From: Candidatus Sysuiplasma jiujiangense | GTDB taxonomy: Archaea; Thermoplasmatota; Thermoplasmata; Sysuiplasmatales; Sysuiplasmataceae | Direction of reading: 5' to 3' | Assembly (NCBI GenBank): GCA_019721075.1 | Contig: JAHEAD010000001.1 | Location: 1-64,000, forward strand | Length of the DNA: 64,000 bases | In this document: positions 48,345-58,000 of the stretch, in pieces | How the letters are laid out: each line of letters opens with the position of its first letter | Position numbering within the stretch: the first letter of the stretch is position 1 | Made by a program: the position numbers and the translations under genes | Notes under the pieces: model-generated | Databases searched by the model: none | Seen by the model: the letters and a program-made list of their open reading frames with translations, nothing else | What the model was told of the DNA's origin: nothing

Positions 48345-49313
48345 TTGTCGTCAAAAGCAACAGCCGTAGCACACCCGATGCAGGGTCTGATAAAATACCA
48401 CGGTCTGAGGGATGAAAGGCTGCGCCTTCCCTATCATGATTCGATTTCAGTTGCAACGGCTCCGCTTACGACAACAACGACTGTCGAATTCGGTGATTTT
48501 GCTGCAAACGATGTCAGCATCGACGGCAGGAAGGTTTCCGGCAGGCCTCTTGAAAGGGTCGAAAACGTCATGGAAAGGGTCATGTCGATTGCGTCCGTCA
48601 GTGGAAAATACAGAATAGTCTCCAGGAGCGATTTTACCTCGGGTATCGGGCTCGGAGCCTCGGCATCGGGTTTTGCAGCGCTTGCGACTGCTGCATGTGA
48701 AGCTGCAGGCCTTAAAATCGGCGTTCAGGAGCTTTCTGCAATAGCAAGACTGGGAGCCGGTTCAGCAACACGATCCGTGGTGGGCGGCTTTGCCAGATGG
48801 CAGGCCGGAGCGGGAGACCATGACAGCGTCGCCTATTCCATTGCCGGACCCGAAGAACTGCAGATGGGCATCATTGTCGGCATCGTCAAAACGGTAAAGC
48901 AAACGGAGGATGCTCACAGAGAGGTTCTCACATCACCGCTTTTCCAGGGAAGACTGTCCTATCTCCATACGGCACTTGCTGACATGACCCTGGCCATAAA
49001 GTCCGGGGATGTGCCGAAGATCGGCGAACTGGCAGAGAAGGACACCCTGATGCTGCATGCCATAACGATGACAGGGAACAGCGGCATGATTCTGTGGAAG
49101 CCCGATACACTCCTGATTATTGAGGCAGTTCGGCAGATGAGGAAAGAAGGTTTGCATTCCTATTTCTCCATAGATACGGGTGCAACAGTTTACATAAACT
49201 GCCCGGATGATGAAATAAGGGAAGTTGAAAACAGAATAGGCTCACTCGGAATCGAAACGCTGAGATGCAGTGTTGGCGGCGCGAGCCGCATTGTGAAGAA
49301 ACATTTATTCTGA
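48345..49313 (+). CDS. Mevalonate (di)phosphate decarboxylase family, phosphomevalonate-decarboxylase-like
   Basis: AHPMQGLIKYHG, GLGASASG (GHMP), ARLGAGSATRS and YFSIDTG. Confidence 0.85.
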   Translation: MSSKATAVAHPMQGLIKYHGLRDERLRLPYHDSISVATAPLTTTTTVEFGDFAANDVSIDGRKVSGRPLERVENVMERVMSIASVSGKYRIVSRSDFTSGIGLGASASGFAALATAACEAAGLKIGVQELSAIARLGAGSATRSVVGGFARWQAGAGDHDSVAYSIAGPEELQMGIIVGIVKTVKQTEDAHREVLTSPLFQGRLSYLHTALADMTLAIKSGDVPKIGELAEKDTLMLHAITMTGNSGMILWKPDTLLIIEAVRQMRKEGLHSYFSIDTGATVYINCPDDEIREVENRIGSLGIETLRCSVGGASRIVKKHLF

Positions 49314-50057
49314 ATTTTCATTCTTCTCTGCAGATCGTTGAGCGAGTATCGCCTCTTCCATAGTCCGCTTCCCGGTAGCCACAGACTGTGCCAGCCTTCT
49401 GGAAATCGTTGTATCACCACCGCTTTTCAATCTGCTCCTCCTCTGTATATCCTTTAGCTCTCCGTCAGATGGTCTGACGACAGGCTTCTCCTTCATCCTC
49501 ACACCCGGCGTGACGCAGATGATGGCTGCCGCCTCGCTGTCTGATCTTGCGATCCTGCTGGTTTTCCTCTCATCCACTATTTCGACGTAACTGCTTGAAG
49601 ACCAGACAGAACGTACGATTCTATCCCTGTTTGTTGGATCGCCGTGTCCGACTCTTACGATTACGTTCTCCTTTCCGATTATTGAAGATAACACCTGCGT
49701 GAATTTTGAAACAGCCTCGGGAGAGGATGCACTCGTCACCATAATCCGCCTTCCGGCCGAGTATATAGCTATTCCAGGTCTTTCACCAGGATCTACACCG
49801 ACATATGCAACCGATTTCCAGTCTACAAGACCGTTCTGAATGAGCCATGCCTTTCTTGCCGTCTCCTCCGCATTCCCGTAAATCGTGAACCTGCTTCCCT
49901 GAAGTATGACCCTCGGCTGTCCCTTTTTCACCACTATTGTATTCCCCTGGGGAACCTCCCTCTCGCTCAGCGGCTGGGAATAACGTACATTCAGCGAGCG
50001 AAAAATTTTTGAAACGTCATAGGAGAATTTGAAATCGTCTGAAACAATGTATATCAT
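49305..50057 (-). CDS. Conserved archaeal hypothetical protein with an RNase H-like motif
   Basis: VGVDPGERPGIA, VRVGHG, VDERKTS and IQRRSRLKS. Confidence 0.7.
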   Translation of the reverse strand: MIYIVSDDFKFSYDVSKIFRSLNVRYSQPLSEREVPQGNTIVVKKGQPRVILQGSRFTIYGNAEETARKAWLIQNGLVDWKSVAYVGVDPGERPGIAIYSAGRRIMVTSASSPEAVSKFTQVLSSIIGKENVIVRVGHGDPTNRDRIVRSVWSSSSYVEIVDERKTSRIARSDSEAAAIICVTPGVRMKEKPVVRPSDGELKDIQRRSRLKSGGDTTISRRLAQSVATGKRTMEEAILAQRSAEKNENSE

Positions 50058-50189
50058 CTGGCGGCCACCCCGCCGATCCGGAGAAAGAACAGAAAAGTAC
50101 AGCGGAATGAGCGAATTCTCAAATTCAGGATTTCAGGGCAGGGATGAACCACGCTCCTCTTTTTGATGAATGAATATCACACTATTTCA

Positions 50190-50888
50190 CTATTTATATG
50201 CATATGACCTGAGCGCCCCTCCGCCCAGGATTGTTCCTCCAATTGATCTTGCCCTGATCATGCCCCTCAGAGGGACACCGGCGATTTCGTTGAGGCTGCT
50301 CTTATTCACCATAACAGCCGCGGCTACGGGTTTGCCGCCTGCGTCTTTTATATCTCTTATTGAACATTCCATCGCATGGCCCGTTGACAGAACATCGTCA
50401 ACTATGACTAGATTCTTACCCTTTATTCCCGCATAGTTCGAACTGAACGCACCAACCGCAGAATTGCCCCTCTCCGAGGGCGGTCTGTATACAATCAGCT
50501 CCTTTCCCAGTATTTCAGCGACGGAGTATGCAAAGAGCACGCCGTTTATCGCAATTCCGACTATTCCATCGGCACTTGTATCGTGATTCCTCAATTCTTC
50601 GGTCGTTATATCTGCCAGAACCTCGGAAACAAGCCTTATCCGCCTGGGATTTATGCCGATGGATCGCCATCCTATCTTTACATCCGAAGGAGGCAGGGTA
50701 CCTTCCATCCCCTCTTCAAGAAGGTAACTGACGGTATCGGGGCTGAGATGCAGTTCGTCTCCGATTTCCACCGGCTTGAGCCCCTTCCTGTGCAGCTCAA
50801 TTGCTCTTGAGGCAAGTTCCTTTACGTCCACCATGGATAACGCCGACTGAATATTCCTGGTTACTATATTTAACTGTAGCGCGATCAT
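50190..50888 (-). CDS. gfcR: GfcR-like regulator (HTH + orotate PRTase-like domain)
   Basis: N-terminal EIGDELHLSPDTV, then DVKIGWRSIG, FSSNYA and IVDDVLSTG. True start probably ATG at 50834. Confidence 0.8.
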   Translation of the reverse strand: MIALQLNIVTRNIQSALSMVDVKELASRAIELHRKGLKPVEIGDELHLSPDTVSYLLEEGMEGTLPPSDVKIGWRSIGINPRRIRLVSEVLADITTEELRNHDTSADGIVGIAINGVLFAYSVAEILGKELIVYRPPSERGNSAVGAFSSNYAGIKGKNLVIVDDVLSTGHAMECSIRDIKDAGGKPVAAAVMVNKSSLNEIAGVPLRGMIRARSIGGTILGGGALRSYAYK

Positions 50889-50938
50889 TCAACCTCAGGC
50901 TGCCGCTGATTGGAAGCATAAACTGATTTGAGTGCGCT

Positions 50939-51097
50939 TCCGGATACTCCAGCCTTTCAGCCTGCCCCGAACCGTCGTGACAGTCATACCTGTTGTCCTT
51001 CGCGCCCGATCACAGACCGTTTCCGCCACCCGGCAAGATCCCGTTTACAAACTTCGACAAACACAGGGCATATCAGAGAACAGAACGGAAATCCGGA
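50939..51097 (-). ncRNA. Candidate structured ncRNA (~160 nt), possibly related to the euryarchaeal HgcG/Pab40 family
   Basis: Intergenic. The ends pair (TCCGGATTTCC / GGAGTATCCGGA), TTTCCG/CGGAAA are complementary, there is a GCT-GAAA-GGC hairpin, and a TATA lies ~25 bp upstream. The family resemblance is from memory only. Confidence 0.45.
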
Positions 51098-51154
51098 TTA
51101 CCATGTTGATTCATCATGGTTTTAAATAATACGCCCCATTCATCACCAGATGAT

Positions 51155-51226
51155 GGCCGGGGTGGGGTAGCGGCATCCTGTGGGACTGTGGATCCCTAGA
51201 CCCGGGTTCAACTCCCGGTCCCGGCC
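51155..51226 (+). tRNA. tRNA-His(GUG) with genomically encoded G-1
   Basis: G-GCCGGGG...GGGA-CT-GTG-GA-TCCC...GGTTCAACTCC...TCCCGGC-C; upstream tttaaat box. Confidence 0.93.
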
Positions 51227-51255
51227 CATTCGGAAGCGGTGTGTTGCCGTGCTTC

Positions 51256-52041
51256 TCATTTTCTGGGTTTCGGTCTTCTGAAAAATATCAGAACGGAGAA
51301 CGCTGCTGCCACGATTATGCCGGATATCAGCACATCATCGATTTCAGTGAACGTATTTCCGGGCAGGTATATTGTAATGCTTGTCGTCCTTGCACCGTTT
51401 GAGAAAAGGAGCGTGTTGTTTGCATCAATGACCACAGTCAATGTATGCGAGCCAGGTGCATAAGAATAAGAGATCCAGTCGAATGTGACGTTCACGGTCT
51501 GGTGGGCACCGACTGAAACTGTCTGGGTCTGGATAAAGTGTCCGTCCACATACAGGGATACCGGCGCGTTGCGTATGCCTGAAGCGCCTTCGTTGTAAAT
51601 TGGTATTGTTATTACAACAGGATGGACGACATTGATGAGAAATGACTCCGTCTTGTTGACTGTGATCCCTGACGAAGTAAATGAAGCGTTAATAACGACA
51701 GTCATTATGCCGGAAGGCGACATTGAAGTGATGTTGACCTGAAATGATCCTGAAGGGCTCTTGCCCGTCGAGGGCTGTATGCTTGAGCCGGTGGTGTTCC
51801 TTGCCTGGATGCTCGCGGAATAGCTGTAATTGGAGCCTGCCGAAACTGCCGGCCCTCCGGTTATATTGAGGTAGTAAGAATTCGTGGAGCCGTTGGCAAC
51901 GATGTCCGGCCCTGAGAAATATACATCAAGCGGTGCATAGGATGCAGAGGCCACGGCCGATGGACTCCGGCCCATCGGGGCGATGAATGCCGACAGCACA
52001 ATAAGGACAATTAACGAGATGGAAAATATACGGCCGCTCAC
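51256..52041 (-). CDS. Secreted, membrane-anchored CARDB/Ig-like protein
   Basis: Signal peptide, YNEG...VSLYVDG...PGSHTLTVVID, C-terminal TM and basic tail; 4-bp overlap with aglB. Confidence 0.78.
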   Translation of the reverse strand: MSGRIFSISLIVLIVLSAFIAPMGRSPSAVASASYAPLDVYFSGPDIVANGSTNSYYLNITGGPAVSAGSNYSYSASIQARNTTGSSIQPSTGKSPSGSFQVNITSMSPSGIMTVVINASFTSSGITVNKTESFLINVVHPVVITIPIYNEGASGIRNAPVSLYVDGHFIQTQTVSVGAHQTVNVTFDWISYSYAPGSHTLTVVIDANNTLLFSNGARTTSITIYLPGNTFTEIDDVLISGIIVAAAFSVLIFFRRPKPRK

Positions 52042-55000
52042 CTGATCAGCCTCTTTTTCTTTGCAAGATAAACGTCAAAGATGACGAACGCTGCAAACAG
52101 GAAGATTATTACACCTCTCCTTTCAGTGAACAGAGGCAGAGGTGTCGGGGAGGCGCCATGCCCGCTGACCTTAATCCCGCTTAGCGTCACCACAGGGCTT
52201 GGCAGGCTTATCGGGACCGCCATGGAAGCTGACTTATTCGTGTTCGAATTTGTTACGGTGAATGATATAGGGACCATATCGGGGGTCGTTGAGCTGCTGG
52301 CGGTAAGCGAGATGGTAATGGACTGGTTCTGCCCGGCCGGAACGGAGAATGTGACGGAGCCGGAATTAAACGGCCCGGATTCGGCGGTTGATATGCCTCC
52401 TGTCCAGCCTTCCTGACTGAGTTCGGCAAAGTTGCTGATGCTCGCCGTGAAGTTGGCGGCTGCATTTCCAGTGTTGAAGACCAGAAGGTTGACTGCAAAA
52501 ACCCTTCCCTGCTGTTCATACTGGTAAAAATCGAATTTGCTGTAGAATGTGTAGACAGAGGGTACCGATATCTGCACTGAAGCCGTCGATATCGTATCCG
52601 TTGCGGTGGAATATGCCTGCAGGTATACGGTTGAGTTTCCCCCTCCGACCCCGCTCGTGGGATAAAGAGAAGCGGTAACTATCGCTGTGGAATTATTGCC
52701 TGTGCCAAGCGTTCCCGCGAGCGGGCTGAAAGTTCCTGCCCAGCCGTTGGAGGCAATCCTCATCGCAAATGATGACGGAACATCACCGTCATTTTTCAGC
52801 TGCAGAGTTACCTGAGAAAAACCTGTCGTGTCAGGCGTCCTGCTGACCGACAGCAGCTTCAGCTTAAGCGAGTGGTATGGCTGGATGTTGAGTGTTACAG
52901 GGTTGTACAGGGAAGATGAAACGGTCATATTGCCCTCATACGCATAGCGGTATACAGTGCCCTGGGAACTGAAACTGTAATTCGATGTAACAGAATAGTT
53001 TCCTGCAGGGAGTACCACCGAATAGGAGCCGCTAAAAGACGGCACGCTGATGCTCGTTCCCCCTCTGCTGAAAACGATTACAGGATTAACGCTCCGCGCA
53101 CCCGCGACTGTCACAGGGCCCGTAATATTGTAAGATTCTGCAAGAGTCAGATTCAGGTTAGCAGACTGGCCCACCGTAACCGAGATTGTTGTATAGTTTG
53201 AGCCAAGAGGACTGCCTGATACAGCTGAAACAAGATACTTTCCAGGCTGCAGAGACACAAAATAGCTGCCCTGCGACGTCGTCACAGCTGTTTGATTCCG
53301 ACCCATACCGTTTATGGCCGTGAATGTCACAGACGCTTTCGCGGCGCTTCCATAATACCATGAAACTGTGCCGCTTACGGAGGCGTTGTCGTCAAATCTG
53401 AGCGTGTTTATTGAAGTAAAGACGGAAGAGGCAAGTGAAATGGTTTTGTTACCGTAGTACACCACGTATACCGTAGTGCCGTTGAGCTGCATCGTTGTCG
53501 GAAAAGTGACATTTACAGAGTAGGTTGACGGCGGGAGCGAAACACTGAACGTGCCGTTCGACTGTACGGCCGCAGTAACAGATGCTCCTGTGTTGAGCAT
53601 CGTTACTGTGACCGATTCAGAGGATGAAAGTGTGCTGCCGCCATAGGTTGCCTTTCCACTGAGGTTGTATGCATAAGACAGCTGGAAAGAAAGAGCTACA
53701 GGCGATGAGACATTGAATCTGGAAAGATAGGCAAAAATGCTGCCTGAAACTGCAGAATAAGCGTATATGGTATAGACACCTGACGGCACATACACTGCCC
53801 TCCCAGAACTGTAACCGTCGATTGCAATAGGCTGAGGCAGCGACGAACTGAACAAATCGAGTCTGGTCAGAGCCTGACTGCTGCTGATTCCGGAGCCTGA
53901 CGGGTACGCAAAACTGACCGTAAGATTATATAAGGTATTTACTGAAATGTTAAAGGTCGTCAGACCGCTGCCGATGCCCACGTTCAGCGTTGATGCACCG
54001 CCCACTGTAAATTCCACCGTGCTGCTGCTGTAATTGGTAATAGTCGCATCGTATACGCCGGGATTCAACGTTGCCGTGTAGCGCCCCTGCGAAACAGGAA
54101 AACTCTGATTGATTGAGGAATTGGACACCGAAGCAAAGGTTATTTCGGAACCCGCCGGAAGCGCCTGCGATGCATGTACACTGCCTGTAACTGTAACTGC
54201 AACGGGTATCATCGAAATATCGCTGGTAAGCGGAGTTGAGGGAAGAAGCGTGTAATTGACCTGATGCATTCCAAATGCTGAAAGGTTGAGTCCGAATGAG
54301 AAACCATCAGGAAGGTAGAATGAATAGTTACCGAGAATCCCCGAGTAGTATGAATACTTGAGGCCGTTGTAGTCGATAACCATGTGCGAGCCGGCAATGT
54401 AATGAGCTGAGCCGCCGCTGTTGAAATTGACATCGCCCTGGTAAAGTCTCGAATTTTGAAGGGTAAAATCCATAGCCATTCCGCTACCGGAAATTGTCAC
54501 CTGGCCGAGCGCCGACCCGATCTTCGCTGAAATCCATACCGAATAGGTACCGGCCGGAAGAAGAGCAGAGTAATTTCCTTTGCTGTCTGAATAGACAGAC
54601 AGCGATGCATTACCGTTCTGCAGGTAAATTCTGGCAAACGAGGCTGGAACCCCACTGGCCATATAGACAGTCCCGGACAGGGGAATCGCCCGGGAGAAAG
54701 TGAAATTGAGCAGTGAATGCACACCGGGCAGCACTTGCAGCGATTCCATGAGAACGTACTTTACAGAATTCAGATAATAAATAGAGTAGACTGTATAGTT
54801 GCCTGACCCGATGGTTGAGTTGTAATATCCGCCTGCACCCGTTCTGATGATGTAAGGCCTTATGCCCTGTTCGTTGCTGTAAAAGTATATCGTTGCAAAG
54901 GAGGCGGACGAGCCGGCTGCAAAAGCCCTACCGTAAATGCTGGAAGGCGTCTGGGCAATTATGTTTACAGATGTTGTATTGAAGGAACGCACGAATGCAC

Positions 55001-58000
55001 CGTATACGGCGGATGTGCTTCCGCCGGAAAGCGTCAGAGTGTAATTCCCGGGGAGAACCCGCTCAAATGAGAAACTGCCATTCGATGCGGATTCGACCAC
55101 GGAGGAAATGCCGTTGTGGACGCCTGCCAGCGTCACATAAGCACCCGTCAGCGGAGAGCCGTCAGGGAACATCACCTGACCGGAAACTGTTCCAGGGTAA
55201 ACTGGAATGTTCTGTGTGGTATTCGTGGAATAAGAAATTGTGGTGACATTCTGTGTTTGAATAACGGAGTTTCCCTTCACCAGGTAGAACTGATATTCGC
55301 CGGGAAGGATTGAATTGAACTCGTAGTGGCCATCTGCAGCACTTGTGTTATACGACTGGCCGGTCGTAGTATTTACAATCCTGACTGTTACGTTGCCGAG
55401 AAGAGAGCTCTGGCCGGGGACATAAGTTCCTGACCTGCTGCTGTCGAAGAACACGTAGCCGCTTACTGAAGTGGCATTCAGCTGCATTGGACTGGCTTGT
55501 ATGTTGAATGCAGGGAGGCCTGTTGTGGCATTGATGACATTATAGCGCATGGCTTCTGAGTTGCTGACGTTGTATGTCTGCTCCCCGATGACCTGCCCGA
55601 TGCCTGCAACAACCGATTGCGGGGAACTCAGCGGACCGGTTGAAAAGACCACAGTATCGTTCCCCGGGGGTGCAATGAGGGAATACTGGCCTCTCTTATT
55701 GGTGTAAGCTATATCGTGTGGTATTCCCCACTGGTCCAGCACCGTGGCGCGGACACCTGATGCCGGCTGGCCGTCTCTAAACAGCACGGTGCCGTTTATG
55801 AAAGCGCCTGGGTAATATTGCATTATAACTATACCGTTGCCGTAGTCGCTCTGGGGACTCAGGTCAACAGTATAGTTCTGGTTGTTCGGATCCTGCTTGA
55901 AAAGCTTGAGTGCGGTGGCAACGTCGATTGCCTGCCAGGCATTTGGATGGTCCTTGACATACTGTATCGGATACGGGTTGTAATACGCCGTCCTGTACGC
56001 CATGAAGAAATGCGACATCATCCATCCGGGAAGCGGCTGCAGATTCTGGAGAGACGGAACAGACAGGAAACTGCCTGACAGAGCGGGGATTCCCTGAAGA
56101 TTCTGATGCGTCAGATCGTACGCACTGTATCCCATGAAAAACCTGTACAGTGTCATGTTATAGAACATCGGCTGATAATTGATTGAATAATTGACAATCT
56201 GTGTATTCGGCGGAATGCTCTGCAGCGGGTAGTTTACACCTGTGGTCGAAGTTGCATTCAAAGTGTAGTAGTTGTAAGGTATATTGTAAACGGTCGGTCC
56301 TGCCATCGGCCTTCCACCGAGAAGTGCAGGTGCATAGAAAACACCCGTGTCGGTTGCGCTGAAGGGGAAGAGCCTGGTGTCGACAGAGAAATAGCCAATG
56401 TAATAATGGGTTATACTTGAAAGCTGCTGGTAAAGGGTAACGGTATTGTTCAGACCGATCTTTGAAATTGTCGCCATCAGAACCGCCCACATTATATTCT
56501 GCGGGGCGGCATTGGATGCGAAGGGGCCGTATACAGTGGGATTCGCCAGGACCGTACTTGTGAACTGGCCGGGATTCCTGTAAACTGAGAGAATGAAGCT
56601 GCTGTTCAATCCGTAGCTGCTCAGCACAGTGGTGATATTCTGCGGAAGATAGCCGTATTTCACGTAGTAGCCGTACGCCACCCTTGCGGAAAGCAGAGCA
56701 ATAAGCTGGGTTTCATTCTGGCTGAACAGGACTGCGGACGCAAAATGATATCCCTGCTGGAAGTCGTCTGCAACAGCCGGCAGGCCAGCTTTGGTAATAG
56801 ATGCGCTTCCATAATCCCACCAGCTCAGATATGCAGGGCGCTGGGACGCTGGAGTGATATTTTCATTATGCTGATAGAGCCATTCCCATGCGGCAGGGAA
56901 GTAATCATTGAGTGTGGAAAGGCTGTAGCCGAATGCACCGAAGTAGTAGACTGAACTGCCGTTGTTTGTGTAACCCGATGGTCTCAGGAAGCCTGGGACT
57001 ATATTGTAAACTTCCGTGTTCAGCTGTTGCTTCATTGTCTCCGGTGTCCCTGCATCGATGCCGGACCAGATGAGTGGAAGTATGACAATACTTACCACCA
57101 GGAACAAAACAATGACATGCTTCATTTTGACACTTTTTCTCGTGCCGCTGACCGAAAAGCCGTAGGTCTGGTATCCTTTCTTCACCTCTCCGAAATCGGC
57201 CCATCTGATCAGGGAAACAAGTCCCCTGCCGCCCAGAACAACGAATACTGTTGTAGCATCGAGTACGAAACGTACCGTGGAAACAGCCATGAAGACAGCG
57301 ATTATCGACCACACCACAAACAGCGTCATTGAATCTGAGATTTTTCTCCTTGAAAGGTAGAATATATACGCCAGTTCGGCAAAAGCAATGAAGAAAATTG
57401 AACCGCCAAGGGAAAGCGCAAGAAGGCTGAAAGGCGGAGCGAGCGCTTCAGCAATTGTTGTGTAGACGGTCGTTTTTATGAAATAGCTCTGTGCGAGAAG
57501 TATGTCCCCTACGAGGGTGTGTATCAGAGGCTTGTCCAGAAGTTCCGCAGCCGCGACAACAACCAGGACGGATATGACAAGACCCGTGAGTAGTGACAGC
57601 CATGGCACGTCTCTCGCAACCGTGTAAATAGCACCAAAAACAAGAGTTCCGAAGAAGAATGCGACAGCAACGATGTACCAGGGATAAATGTGGCCACCGA
57701 GGAAATAAATCGGAAGGGAAAACACAAGGAGCGACAGACCGACGACCGTCCAGGTTGCGGTGAGCGCGAGTGTATCCCTGTTCTTGAACTTATAGATGAA
57801 TGACTGCACAAGGTAGAAGAGTGAAACAATTACCAGGAGATATGAATAGCCTTCCCAGGCGTTGGCTATAGATGCGAGCACGATTCCGGCCATCAATGCA
57901 TATATCAGTGATTTCCTGTTGGTCGAGGCATAGCCTGCAATCCCTGTCCTGATTGACGCGAAATCCGGCCTGAATGATTGTTTCTTAGTCCATCTCTCCA

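Noticed and set aside
50928..51129. 65-aa ORFs, or SRP/RNase P RNA, in the gfcR-tRNA gap
   Set aside because: The peptides match nothing I recognise. The region is too short and lacks the SRP helix-8 (CAGG..GGAA..AGCA) and RNase P (GAGGAAAGUCC) motifs. Kept only as a generic ncRNA candidate.
33749..51226. tRNA genes as integration (att) sites for a provirus
   Set aside because: I saw no duplicated tRNA 3' ends and no tyrosine integrase in the window.
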